A DNA stretch of 54,180 bases from positions 1-54,180 of IMG/VR virus record IMGVR_UViG_3300009073_000006; one strand, given 5' to 3'. The DNA comes from a virus. Each line of letters starts with the position of its first letter. Position 1 is the stretch's first letter. Under the pieces are notes generated by a model. That model was not told the origin of the DNA. It worked only from the letters and a program-made list of their open reading frames with translations, and did no database searches. The translations under genes and the position numbers were made by a program. This document shows positions 1-9,294 of the stretch, piece by piece.

Positions 1-1
1 G

Positions 2-1681
2 ACTAGTGGGCTAGTAGCTGCAATGAATATTCATGCAAAGCAGTTTAAGCATTATACTAATTTGAGCAGGGTTATTACTGATAGCTTGGCGTTGAACTTG
101 GGTATTGCGATTAATACGTGGGATAGGGAAACTGCTAAGTTTGGTAAGATTAAGCCGTCGCAAAGTAACGTGACTTCGCAAACGCAGACTAAGACTGTGA
201 TTGAAGGGACAAAGATTAGACACAGTGATCCGTTAAACACGATATTGCAGCCGGGAATTAGTGCAGAAGACTATCAGATGGAAGCGCATTATTATGCTAC
301 CATTGAGCAGGTCGATGAATATGATTTATTGCGTCGTGCGGTTAAGGGCGAGGTAGTGTTTTCAGCTGAAATGCGCGGCCTGTTGAGAAAGCTTGCGTTT
401 AAAAAGGATATGAAATCTTCGGATATAACCGGCAATAAAGAATTTTACGCAGAACTTACTAAAAAGTATGGATTTTCTAGCTTTGGTTCTAAGTTAGGTC
501 TTTATAACAACCGACCTAACATGCACAGACCGATCTCTGCTAACGTTGAGAATAAAGTCGATATTAAAGCGATGAAAAGTTTTGATTTTGAAGGCTTTTG
601 TTCGGATGGTAAAAACATTAACTACGAAGAAACGCGGCCAGACTGCTGTAATGAGTTAATGACAGTTGTTATGCGGGCGCTGCCGGAGGATTTAGGGTTT
701 AGTCGTGACGAAGATAGTCCGTTAATGACGAGAATTTACGAGGTTAAGATTTTAAACGGTTCTTATATTATCGGCATAAAAGAAATCGGGACTACTCATG
801 GTATGATGAATATCGCGATAACTCGTCCACTTAGTGAACTTTCGCGCAATAATAGTCTGGCGTTAAGCGAGAAGCTTCTTCCTTTTCAGGAAGCGAGTAG
901 TAGTTTGTTAAACACGTTTATTCGTAAAGCGCGAGGCAGTGCTAATAACGGTATGACTTATGCTCTGGATAAGTTGGTTAGTTCAAATCAGATTATTGAT
1001 CCAGCTACAGGGTTTGTTCCCGTTGACATGGAAGAGATGAAGAAGCTTGGTTTGGATGATATTCGCAAAGTTGTGCATACTGTAGGTGGTGATGCACCAG
1101 ATCAAAGTGCGCTAGTTGGCATGGAGACTTTGACAAGAAGTATGCAGGATGTAGTACCGACTGATGCGATTGATCAAATGGCGCAGCTGAATCGTCCAGT
1201 GCAGCATCAAAGTAAAAGACTAGCGGAACTCCAAAACTTGCACGTTTGGTGGTTGTCTCGCATTATCCACGAAGAACTAATGATGCCTACGACGCACATG
1301 CACACACAAGACTTGTTGAGTTTTCAGAAAGAGATTAACATTATCGGACCTGACGGGGCGCTGCAGACTATTGATCCTAGCGTGTTTGAAGAAGTTGATT
1401 TAGATGTTGCAGTTAGTGATGGTATGCGCGGGTTAGATACTCTGGCGATTGCTGATCGAGTTGAGAAGATATTGCAGTACGCGTTTCAATCTCGCAGGGT
1501 ACAGAATGATATTGACGTTATTGCGATGACGAATTATCTGTTGCAGATGGATGGCGCTAATATTGATCTTAATATGTTTAGATACGAGAACGAGTTTGAC
1601 AAGTTAAGTACAGAGGCTAAAGAACAAGCGTTCGCTATGTTGCAAGCTGCGGCTGCGGAACAGCAACAAGCCCCCGCCTAA
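2..1681 (+). CDS. portal protein, 3' portion (gene split by the window junction; 5' portion at 53678..54180)
   Basis: The frame is open from base 2, in phase with listed ORF 23..1681. Bases 1..123 equal 54058..54180, so the frame joins the ATG at 53678 (joined product about 686 aa). The gene sits directly after the large terminase and before the scaffold/capsid-like genes. Call rests on position and size only. Confidence 0.6.
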   Translation, partial: TSGLVAAMNIHAKQFKHYTNLSRVITDSLALNLGIAINTWDRETAKFGKIKPSQSNVTSQTQTKTVIEGTKIRHSDPLNTILQPGISAEDYQMEAHYYATIEQVDEYDLLRRAVKGEVVFSAEMRGLLRKLAFKKDMKSSDITGNKEFYAELTKKYGFSSFGSKLGLYNNRPNMHRPISANVENKVDIKAMKSFDFEGFCSDGKNINYEETRPDCCNELMTVVMRALPEDLGFSRDEDSPLMTRIYEVKILNGSYIIGIKEIGTTHGMMNIAITRPLSELSRNNSLALSEKLLPFQEASSSLLNTFIRKARGSANNGMTYALDKLVSSNQIIDPATGFVPVDMEEMKKLGLDDIRKVVHTVGGDAPDQSALVGMETLTRSMQDVVPTDAIDQMAQLNRPVQHQSKRLAELQNLHVWWLSRIIHEELMMPTTHMHTQDLLSFQKEINIIGPDGALQTIDPSVFEEVDLDVAVSDGMRGLDTLAIADRVEKILQYAFQSRRVQNDIDVIAMTNYLLQMDGANIDLNMFRYENEFDKLSTEAKEQAFAMLQAAAAEQQQAPA

Positions 1682-1694
1682 ATAATCACACGCA

Positions 1695-1851
1695 TTAATG
1701 AAAAGGGAGAAAATTCGCGGGGAAGAAGGGGAGCGTTTACACGGATTAATTAATGACGAATAAGGGCCGACAAGGGAGGCACGCAGTGCTTCCCGCGGGC
1801 GAATAGCCCAGTCATTAATTCACTTGGTGTCAATGTTCCACGCAAGGTTCC
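1695..1851 (+). repeat. intergenic palindromic element, copy A (left arm degenerate)
   Basis: Shares AAAATTCGCGGGG on the left and CACTTGGTGTCAAT..N..AAGGTTCC on the right with copies B, C and D. Internal pairings: AATTAATGAC (1748..1757) with GTCATTAATT (1811..1820), and CGCGGGGAAG with CTTCCCGCG. Confidence 0.7.
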
Positions 1852-1878
1852 GCGAGAATTTACGATACAACAACCAAT

Positions 1879-1914
1879 AAACTAATCATCAAACTAATCA
1901 TCAAACTAACTAAC
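1879..1914 (+). repeat. 12-nt tandem repeat AAACTAATCATC, 2 full copies plus a partial third
   Basis: Direct reading of aaactaatcatc aaactaatcatc aaactaac taacc, immediately upstream of the ATG at 1921. Confidence 0.9.
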
Positions 1915-1920
1915 CAAAAC

Positions 1921-2733
1921 ATGAAAGAGAATAAAATGTCAAAGTTTTTCACACCAGCAGCGCCGCAAACTAATCAATCTGTAATTAACAACCCTTCACC
2001 GTCGTCTATCCCTGCCGATGTGGACAGCAATGGGAACGCGCAGACTACTACCGCAGCACAAGATACTAAAAATAACACGGTCGAAAGCCTTGTAGAACGC
2101 TTGACGACTGGTGGCGAAGTCTCTAATGTAACAAACTCCAATCAACAGCAACAGCTACAACCTAACAACCCGCAGGATAACCAACAACAAACCAGACACA
2201 ACGACCCGACAAATCCGGACACTACTCAAGCATCATCTGTTGAAAAGATGTTAGAAGCTTTTAATGCGCCGTTTAAAGGTGAGTCGTTAACTGCTAAGTT
2301 TGATATTGAAAAGATTGCAGAGGGTATTCGCAACGGAGACTTGTCAGAATTGCAAGGTGCGGTAGAAGAAACTGCACAACAGAGTGTTAATCGAGCTAGT
2401 CAGGTTTTGCTTAACCTTATTCCTGACATTATCGACGCTGCCGAAAAGCGCGTACTTGAGCGAGTTAATACTGATAAAAGTGTTGACAATCTCTGGACAC
2501 GATTTAAAGGCGAACACGAAGGCTTCGAAGGCGCGCGGGCAGTAATGGAACCCATGATCCTTAACGCTGTTAAAAACGGCGCAAACGAACAACAAGCTTT
2601 TGAAGCGGTTGCTATGATCTACGCAGGCATTAACAAAACTGCAAACGAAACGAAGACTAACAACTCTAACCCCGACCCACGTGATAGCGCGAGTAAAACA
2701 TTCGATCTCGAAGCTTTCACAAAAAGTAATTAA
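1921..2733 (+). CDS. putative scaffolding protein
   Basis: Lies between the portal and capsid-like genes. Q/N/T-rich N-terminus and helical acidic C-terminus. An alternative start at ATG 1936 (MSKFF) has a weak AAAGAGA Shine-Dalgarno. Positional inference. Confidence 0.45.
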   Translation: MKENKMSKFFTPAAPQTNQSVINNPSPSSIPADVDSNGNAQTTTAAQDTKNNTVESLVERLTTGGEVSNVTNSNQQQQLQPNNPQDNQQQTRHNDPTNPDTTQASSVEKMLEAFNAPFKGESLTAKFDIEKIAEGIRNGDLSELQGAVEETAQQSVNRASQVLLNLIPDIIDAAEKRVLERVNTDKSVDNLWTRFKGEHEGFEGARAVMEPMILNAVKNGANEQQAFEAVAMIYAGINKTANETKTNNSNPDPRDSASKTFDLEAFTKSN

Positions 2734-2750
2734 ACTAAGGAGACTAACCA

Positions 2751-4007
2751 ATGTCACAGAATGGCTTGTTTGTAACAACAGACGCCGACCCCAGAAACGT
2801 TACCAAGGGGTTTGGCGCCGCTACAGTTAATTTGCAAAACGCAAATAACGCACCACTACTAACTGCTCTTAGCGCGTCGGCAGATCGCTCTTACAATGAC
2901 GTGCGTATTGAGTGGGCAGAAAAGCAGCCATTAACTGGACTTAACGCAATCATCGGCACGCAAGATGGTCCGCAAGGTTGTTATCTTGTTTTGGCCGATG
3001 GTTGTATCGCTACTACTCATTCATTGTTTATGGTAGTTGCCACTGGTGAGATTTTCCGAGTATTGGGTAGTGCCGATAATGTTGTTACGGTTAAACGTGG
3101 TTTTGGTGGTACGCCAATTTCTGAAATTAACCCACAGAACGGTCGCGGTGTTGTTATTCAGCGAATTGGTTCAGCGTTTCCAGAAGGTTCTGAACGTCCA
3201 GAGCCGTTTACTCACTACACTACTACCCAACACAACTATAACCAGATTTTCCGTAACACTTACGCGCTAACACGAACTGCCGCGATGCGTAATTATCTTG
3301 ACGGCGATCTTCGCTCACGCTTGCGTCAGGAAATGCTGATGATGCACATGCGCGATATTGAGATGTCTATTCTTTTCTCAGTTAAATCTATGTCACATGA
3401 AAACGGCAAACCACTGCGCACAATGGACGGTATGTATCGTCAGATTAAAACCAACATTGCTGCACCTGTTGACGGCATTCTTACTGTGCCTATGCTTGAT
3501 CACTTTATTGAGCGGATTATGTCGCAGCAAATCGAGGGCGCAAGTCAGTCACGTATTGCCATTTGCGGACGCGGGTTCTTGACGTTCATTAACCGTCTTC
3601 ATAAAATGTCAACACAGTATCAAGTAGACGGCACTGAAAACTTCCACGGTCAAAATATTACTAAATGGGTAACACCACACGGTGCTATTGATCTAGTTCC
3701 TCACGACATTATGACACAAGTTCCGGGTTATCAGAACGATCTTTTGATCCTGCACCCTGACGCGTTGTCGTTGCACTATATGTACGAAGGTACTGAAGAC
3801 AATATGCACGCACAAGGCAACCAAGGCTTTGACGGGCATATTGGTGGCATTATCACAGAAATGACTACACGTCTTAAAGGCGAACTAACTTGCGGTATTC
3901 TTACAGGTGTCTGCGATGTAGCTGCCGAACCGCAACCGTTCTACCTTAAACAGCCTCACAAACCAATGCCTCGCACGGTTTGTCCACCAGAAAAGCTAGT
4001 CGGCTAA
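2751..4007 (+). CDS. putative major capsid protein
   Basis: 418 aa with a strong RBS (AAGGAG, spacer, ATG). Follows the scaffold-like gene and is followed by a strong hairpin terminator, as is typical of highly expressed capsid genes. No motif proof. Confidence 0.6.
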   Translation: MSQNGLFVTTDADPRNVTKGFGAATVNLQNANNAPLLTALSASADRSYNDVRIEWAEKQPLTGLNAIIGTQDGPQGCYLVLADGCIATTHSLFMVVATGEIFRVLGSADNVVTVKRGFGGTPISEINPQNGRGVVIQRIGSAFPEGSERPEPFTHYTTTQHNYNQIFRNTYALTRTAAMRNYLDGDLRSRLRQEMLMMHMRDIEMSILFSVKSMSHENGKPLRTMDGMYRQIKTNIAAPVDGILTVPMLDHFIERIMSQQIEGASQSRIAICGRGFLTFINRLHKMSTQYQVDGTENFHGQNITKWVTPHGAIDLVPHDIMTQVPGYQNDLLILHPDALSLHYMYEGTEDNMHAQGNQGFDGHIGGIITEMTTRLKGELTCGILTGVCDVAAEPQPFYLKQPHKPMPRTVCPPEKLVG

Positions 4008-4029
4008 AGATTTTTACCTCAAGGTCTTA

Positions 4030-4086
4030 ACCGCCCAGCTTTTAGGGGCGGTAGTTATTTCTCCATGTGTAGCTACCGCCTTTTTT
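4030..4086 (+). terminator. two overlapping hairpins; the second is a rho-independent terminator
   Basis: H1: ACCGCCC (4030..4036) pairs with GGGCGGT (4046..4052). H2: GGCGGTAGTT (4047..4056) pairs with AGCTACCGCC (4071..4080) and is followed by TTTTTT (4081..4086). Confidence 0.65.
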
Positions 4087-4112
4087 AACGCTAATTAACG
4101 AAAGACAAAAAC

Positions 4113-4847
4113 ATGACAGATTTTTTCAACAAAGAAAGTTCAGACGTAGACGTTAAGTCTATTGACGGAGTAAACCGCCAAGGTAATATTGGTGATCTTG
4201 ATAATACGTTAAAGAAAGATCGCGAAGGTCTTCCCGAGACTACCAAAACAGTAGGTTCAAACATCGCTGACGAAGCAATGCACTCGTCTTCTCCTTTGAA
4301 TACACTAGCTTCTGCTGATATTCGTGATCGCGTTGCTCGGCGTTCTCAAGCTGTGACCGAAGCGTCTGGCGACACTATCTCCGATGAATTGTCAGAAATT
4401 CTAGAAGCAGTTAACCCTGAAGATCATACGCAATTTGCGAACCCGCGTTACTTTGAGCAAACAGGCAACCGCAAAGGCTTTACTCTGTACGCAGAAGTTG
4501 AAGATCAGCAAGCTTTTCCTATTCAGTTTGACAACGGCATTTACGTTACTTCGAGCATTGCGATTGTCGAAGCGATTAACCGAACTATCAGAAACAATCG
4601 CGCTAACGTTTCTGCGCATATTGTTGAAATTTCGGCAGAGCGTTATAAAGCAGTTCTCGCTTCCGCAGCGCAGGCTAGTCGTTTACGTTCGACTAACGGT
4701 CCGGTGACTACTTCGACCGTTGGCGGCGGTGGCCGTGCGCCCGCAGAACTGGAAAAAGAAAACGCTGAACTGCGTGACGAACTAGCTGCAATGAAAGCTA
4801 AAACTGAAAAGCTTTCTAGTTCTACAGCTTTCGGTAAACTTAAGTAA
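4113..4847 (+). CDS. hypothetical virion-module protein with C-terminal coiled coil
   Basis: 244-aa ORF in the late operon. The C-terminus APAELEKENAELRDELAAMKAKTEKL looks like a heptad coiled coil. Confidence 0.5.
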   Translation: MTDFFNKESSDVDVKSIDGVNRQGNIGDLDNTLKKDREGLPETTKTVGSNIADEAMHSSSPLNTLASADIRDRVARRSQAVTEASGDTISDELSEILEAVNPEDHTQFANPRYFEQTGNRKGFTLYAEVEDQQAFPIQFDNGIYVTSSIAIVEAINRTIRNNRANVSAHIVEISAERYKAVLASAAQASRLRSTNGPVTTSTVGGGGRAPAELEKENAELRDELAAMKAKTEKLSSSTAFGKLK

Positions 4848-4862
4848 CAAGAGGCTGCGCGA

Positions 4863-5564
4863 ATGAGTACCTTTTCAGAGATTGTTGACGCAGTAGCTCA
4901 AGACACTGGACGTTCCGGTGCAAAGCAGCTACCGTCTGTCATTCGCGCAGTTAATTCCACGTTAATGGATTTTGAAACTAACGATAGTGAATACCAGCGC
5001 AGTGAGTTCGCTTACACGCACGATTATGAACGCTTCGGACAACAGAACGCTTTTGAAAAATGCAGTATCCCGCTTCCCGCAGACTACCAACGCATTGAAG
5101 CTATTATCACAGATTTAGATCAGATAGTTCATCGGGTTAAACCGGGACTTACTTCGATCTTATCTAAAGATAAAAACCGCTACTACATCGCAAACGGAAT
5201 GTTGCACTTTGCGGCGTGTTTTAAAAAACATATTTATATATCTTACTTTCGTGTTCGTAGAGATTTTCTTTACTACCCACAACCAATGCGTTTAATCAGA
5301 ACGTCATTAAACCCTATGCACGATTGTGCCTATGAGTATCGGCATCCTTCTACGGATACTTGGATACCCTACGATCCGACTAACGAGCAAATGCTACAAA
5401 GCTTTAACCGACACACTGATTGGATTTGCGACTTGTATGGTAAGATCGTTGAACTAGGCGCAGCAAGCACACTACATAACCGTTCAGGTAACGAGTCAAT
5501 AGGTGCGAGATTGTATCAAGAATACCAAACAAAAAGGACTGCGATAGTCGCAGGCCGTGTATAA
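4863..5564 (+). CDS. hypothetical protein, possible head-tail adaptor / tail tubular protein A-like
   Basis: 233 aa with a GAGG RBS. Its position after the capsid genes matches the gp11 slot of T7-like maps. Weak positional inference. Confidence 0.3.
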   Translation: MSTFSEIVDAVAQDTGRSGAKQLPSVIRAVNSTLMDFETNDSEYQRSEFAYTHDYERFGQQNAFEKCSIPLPADYQRIEAIITDLDQIVHRVKPGLTSILSKDKNRYYIANGMLHFAACFKKHIYISYFRVRRDFLYYPQPMRLIRTSLNPMHDCAYEYRHPSTDTWIPYDPTNEQMLQSFNRHTDWICDLYGKIVELGAASTLHNRSGNESIGARLYQEYQTKRTAIVAGRV

Positions 5565-5574
5565 GGAGAGTTCT

Positions 5575-5754
5575 ATGATCGGAGTATTGTTAAGCCGTAA
5601 AGTTATCGAAGGTATCGCGCGACATATTTTGACAACTTTTGGCGGCTGGTTAGTCGCTCAAGGTTATATCGACGAAGGTTTGTTTAAAGAATTGCTGGGC
5701 GCGCTCATGGTTATCTTTGGTATTATTATGTCAATTCTAAACAAAAAGAAGTAA
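5575..5754 (+). CDS. small membrane protein (possible holin-like)
   Basis: Start trimmed to ATG 5575, which has AAGGAG 6 nt upstream. 59 aa with two hydrophobic segments and a KKK tail. Confidence 0.45.
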   Translation: MIGVLLSRKVIEGIARHILTTFGGWLVAQGYIDEGLFKELLGALMVIFGIIMSILNKKK

Positions 5755-5758
5755 CGCT

Positions 5759-7429
5759 ATGCCCGTCGGTGCTAACTCTCAAAATAACATCGGCGGGTTT
5801 AATCCCGCAGTATCTCGCACGCAAAGTTCAGCAATCCGTGTGCTTAACGGTAAAAACTTTCGTTGGGATTTTGACGGGCCTTTTTCTGGTTTTGGTAATA
5901 GCCAAGTTAGTGAACAGTTTACTGGTCATAGTTTGTTGCCTTATTACGCGACATTTAACGTTGAAAGCAAAGCTTATTTGTTTACACCTAACGGTGTTTT
6001 TGAGCAAAGAGAAAGTAATGATCCTGACAAGTGTTATACTGATTTAATTTGCAAACTAGCTTTCACCCCTTATCAGTGGCCTTGCGAAGAAGATAACGAC
6101 TATCCTTGGTCACAAGCTTTTGTTGGTGATAGTTATTATTTTTCACACCCGACTGTTGGGTTGATTAAATACAACACTTATAAATGTGAGTGGTCTTGTT
6201 GCGAGTTAGTCGGAGAAGAGATTGAAAACGGCGAAGGTACTTTTTATGATTTTTCATGCCCAGAAAAAGGCTGTTTAATCACTGGACCTATTTTTGGTAT
6301 TACACAAGCTGGAAACCGCTTAGTCATTCAAGCCCGCGATACTATCGGCTGGTCAGCAATCGACGACGGTTGTACTTTGTTTTGCGATCCGTTTTGCGGC
6401 GGTGGTTTTGTTAGTAGTTCAGTTGCTCGTTACGGTAAGCCGCTAGGCGTTTATGAAACCGCAGACGGGTTTGCAGCTTTTACAAGTAACAGCATTATTC
6501 GCGGTGCGACTATTGACAGTATTGGCGCGTTTAATGTAGCTACGTTAAGCAATAAAACTTTTCCTATCAATCCACACGCTATTACTCAACTTGACAATTT
6601 TCAAATAATGTTTTATAGCAATAAAGGTTTGATGCTTTTAGCTAATAACCAACTTGCTCCATTTGAGCCAGAGTTAAGTAACTGGTTTCATAAACTACTG
6701 CGCAATACTAATATTCGTTATGTTCAACACGGTGTTAAGCTGGCTTATGCTGAAGACACTGACGAGTTATTTGTGAGTGTTATTGGTAAGCCTAGTGAAA
6801 AGCTAAACCCTAATGTATATCCGCGCGCGTTGGTTTATAAGTTTATTTCAAAAAAATGGGGTAGCTTTGATCAACCTCACTATTTTATCGGACCCGTTAA
6901 TGTCTCGCATAAAGTCGCGGGCCAAAATCTTGGGTTTATTAGCTGGTCTAATTATCTGCATCATTTTGACTATTCGCTAACTAACTCAGTTGGTGCTGGT
7001 TTAGAGTTAGATAATCTCGATAGTTTTATAACTGTCGGTCCTTTTCAGATAGCTTACGAGCAGCTAAGATCAGTTAAAACAGAGTTAACTTCATTTGATA
7101 TTCATACAGAAGTTAATAATAGTTCTGGATTTAATCTAGGAATTATTGACAGTTATCAAGAAGATTTTAAATCTAGTAATTGGGAAACCTGTGCGTTTGC
7201 TAACTACGATGCAGATGTTTATTTATTATCTTCTAAAGATGCTCACGGTACTAATGAAAATTGTGAACAAGCAGAACTTTTAAGTAATGAAGACTGTTTT
7301 GTTAAAAATTACACTTGTTCTGGTGTGGGTGATTATCATACAATTTCGATAGTCGCATCTAGGGTCGGCAGTTATTATTCAATAAATATGATAAGTGTCC
7401 AGCTAGTAAGCAAAGAAACCAAAGCCTAA
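5759..7429 (+). CDS. hypothetical structural protein, possible tail tube/nozzle
   Basis: 556-aa ORF in the tail region, tightly packed with its neighbours. Positional only. Confidence 0.3.
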   Translation: MPVGANSQNNIGGFNPAVSRTQSSAIRVLNGKNFRWDFDGPFSGFGNSQVSEQFTGHSLLPYYATFNVESKAYLFTPNGVFEQRESNDPDKCYTDLICKLAFTPYQWPCEEDNDYPWSQAFVGDSYYFSHPTVGLIKYNTYKCEWSCCELVGEEIENGEGTFYDFSCPEKGCLITGPIFGITQAGNRLVIQARDTIGWSAIDDGCTLFCDPFCGGGFVSSSVARYGKPLGVYETADGFAAFTSNSIIRGATIDSIGAFNVATLSNKTFPINPHAITQLDNFQIMFYSNKGLMLLANNQLAPFEPELSNWFHKLLRNTNIRYVQHGVKLAYAEDTDELFVSVIGKPSEKLNPNVYPRALVYKFISKKWGSFDQPHYFIGPVNVSHKVAGQNLGFISWSNYLHHFDYSLTNSVGAGLELDNLDSFITVGPFQIAYEQLRSVKTELTSFDIHTEVNNSSGFNLGIIDSYQEDFKSSNWETCAFANYDADVYLLSSKDAHGTNENCEQAELLSNEDCFVKNYTCSGVGDYHTISIVASRVGSYYSINMISVQLVSKETKA

Positions 7430-7444
7430 TTAAAGGGGACTGGA

Positions 7445-7780
7445 ATGAGTAGTCATACTCCAAACGGAACTAATAAAAGTTTCGGATCAATTAGTCGTTG
7501 GTTTTTCAATCAACGAAAAGCTGACAAAACAATTCTTCGACATGGCGCACTTTCGATTAATATGTGTACTGGCGTTTTATCTGTTCATGACGGTAAAACG
7601 TGCGGTGGCATTTTTCATTATTGCCCTTGCACACCTGACGGTAGCCCGATTGCCCCCGCATTAGATATGGACGACGCGCCAGTTTTGAACGACAACTGCG
7701 CAGTTCCGTGTGAGCCAAATGAAGACGTTAGTGATACGTCAGATGATCCAGATAACGCTCCAGTTATCGGCGATCTTTAA
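7445..7780 (+). CDS. tail-fibre N-terminal anchor-like protein (Mtd_N-like motif)
   Basis: The motif GVLSVHDGKTCGG resembles the widespread fibre N-terminal motif xLxVxDGxTxGG (for example in BPP-1 Mtd). Paralogous to the N-terminus of 18072..18698. GGGGA RBS. Confidence 0.5.
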   Translation: MSSHTPNGTNKSFGSISRWFFNQRKADKTILRHGALSINMCTGVLSVHDGKTCGGIFHYCPCTPDGSPIAPALDMDDAPVLNDNCAVPCEPNEDVSDTSDDPDNAPVIGDL

Positions 7781-7804
7781 AAACAATAACGAAGGATTAA
7801 TTCA

Positions 7805-9253
7805 ATGACAAATCAAGTATGGGGTCGCAATACTGAAACAGGTGCTAAAGGTTGGTTCAACCTACCTGAAAAGTTGCTTGACTGCCCGCAAGATCAAGTT
7901 AGTGTTATCTGGAAAGACGGCGATGGGATTGAGTTTGTTGTAGAGCCTGAAACTGGGCCTAACGGTGAGACTTGTATTCGCATCGTTAACACACATCCAG
8001 CTAACGGTAATTCCAATGGATGCCCGACAGAAGCAGTTGAGTGTTGTGAAAACTTTACCGGCACAGAAGGTTGTAAGTATCCAACCAAACCAAAAGAAGG
8101 CGATTATCATCTTAACGGTGGTGAAAACGGTTGGTTAGAGATTTACGACGGTAAAAACTGGTTAAAAATCTGCTTGCCTATTGGTTCGTTATTTGATTTT
8201 ACTAACGAAGAAGGTCGCGACTTTACTTGGCGCATGGTTGAGTGTGACTGCGACACTAACACATTTGTTTGGGAAGACGCTACTGAGATTCACGTAGTTA
8301 CAATCAATGGACGTCCGACTACCGAGAGCGATCCGCAGAACTACTCGTACTGCGAGTTGCCTGTTTTGCCTGAAGTTAACAATGCTTCTGAACTTGAAGA
8401 TGTAATCTTTAGTGTTTGTTATAAAGACCTAGGCTATCAAGTTGATGCAGATACTATTAAATCATGGTTTGAGTTTAATGCGCCCGCTGGTGATCCCGCT
8501 GATGCTGGCGGTATTGTTTACATTAACCAAGACGGAACTTACGAGACTGCTTCGTTTGAATACTTTTTCGAGCGTGCTTGTTATGATCTTCCTAGTCTGG
8601 ATAACGAGTGTTCGGATTACACTCCGGTAGCTTGGGTAAAAGACTCAAATGGTTGCGGAAAGCTAGTTAAAGCTAGTATCCCACAATTCCCGCAGGGTTT
8701 TAAGACGATCACTAAAAGCATTGAAGGTTCTTTTAACCACACGTTTACACTAACAAATAGTGATCCTAGTTATACTGGCGATCCTACTGTTCCTAATGAC
8801 TCAGGTTTCTGGCAAGAGATATTCAACGATCCTGATAAAATGGACGAGGATTATGTCGGCAAAGTTGTGTTCAGTAAAGACGAGTTCTGCGGATTGCAAA
8901 CCGCAGGTAACAAAATTCAAGTCCGCATGGATGCTATTATCGGTTATCGAATAGATACTGATAACCCTTCGAACAATGCAATCGCTCCATATCAATGGGG
9001 TACTGCATTGCGAGTGAACGGGAATATTATTGCGCGGAATGGAGACCAGTACGGTCTGAACACCAGTGGTAACAACGCAAGTCAACCTGATCTTCTAGCT
9101 GGTGAGTGGACTACTGATGGCGACGATATGTGCGTAGAAGTGTTGTTCATTCTACTTTCAGCCGAAACTGGTAATAATAATCCCGGTACTGTTGGCGATG
9201 TTTTGTCAATCGACATGGCGGTAGCTGGCGTAACTATCACGCCGCTATTGTAA
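7805..9253 (+). CDS. tail fibre / receptor-binding-like protein
   Basis: 482 aa, beta-rich and Cys-containing. Shares the motif ECCENFTGTEGC with the next gene. Its initiation region is identical to that of gene 9295. Confidence 0.4.
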   Translation: MTNQVWGRNTETGAKGWFNLPEKLLDCPQDQVSVIWKDGDGIEFVVEPETGPNGETCIRIVNTHPANGNSNGCPTEAVECCENFTGTEGCKYPTKPKEGDYHLNGGENGWLEIYDGKNWLKICLPIGSLFDFTNEEGRDFTWRMVECDCDTNTFVWEDATEIHVVTINGRPTTESDPQNYSYCELPVLPEVNNASELEDVIFSVCYKDLGYQVDADTIKSWFEFNAPAGDPADAGGIVYINQDGTYETASFEYFFERACYDLPSLDNECSDYTPVAWVKDSNGCGKLVKASIPQFPQGFKTITKSIEGSFNHTFTLTNSDPSYTGDPTVPNDSGFWQEIFNDPDKMDEDYVGKVVFSKDEFCGLQTAGNKIQVRMDAIIGYRIDTDNPSNNAIAPYQWGTALRVNGNIIARNGDQYGLNTSGNNASQPDLLAGEWTTDGDDMCVEVLFILLSAETGNNNPGTVGDVLSIDMAVAGVTITPLL

Positions 9254-9294
9254 ACAGTTGTCTCCAGATATCTAAAGCTTTAAGGATTAATTCA

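Noticed and set aside
1-123. The 123-bp terminal duplication as a genuine direct terminal repeat of the virion DNA.
   Set aside because: It falls in the middle of the portal coding sequence, and the frame is continuous across it. This fits an assembly circularisation overlap. True termini cannot be determined from sequence alone.
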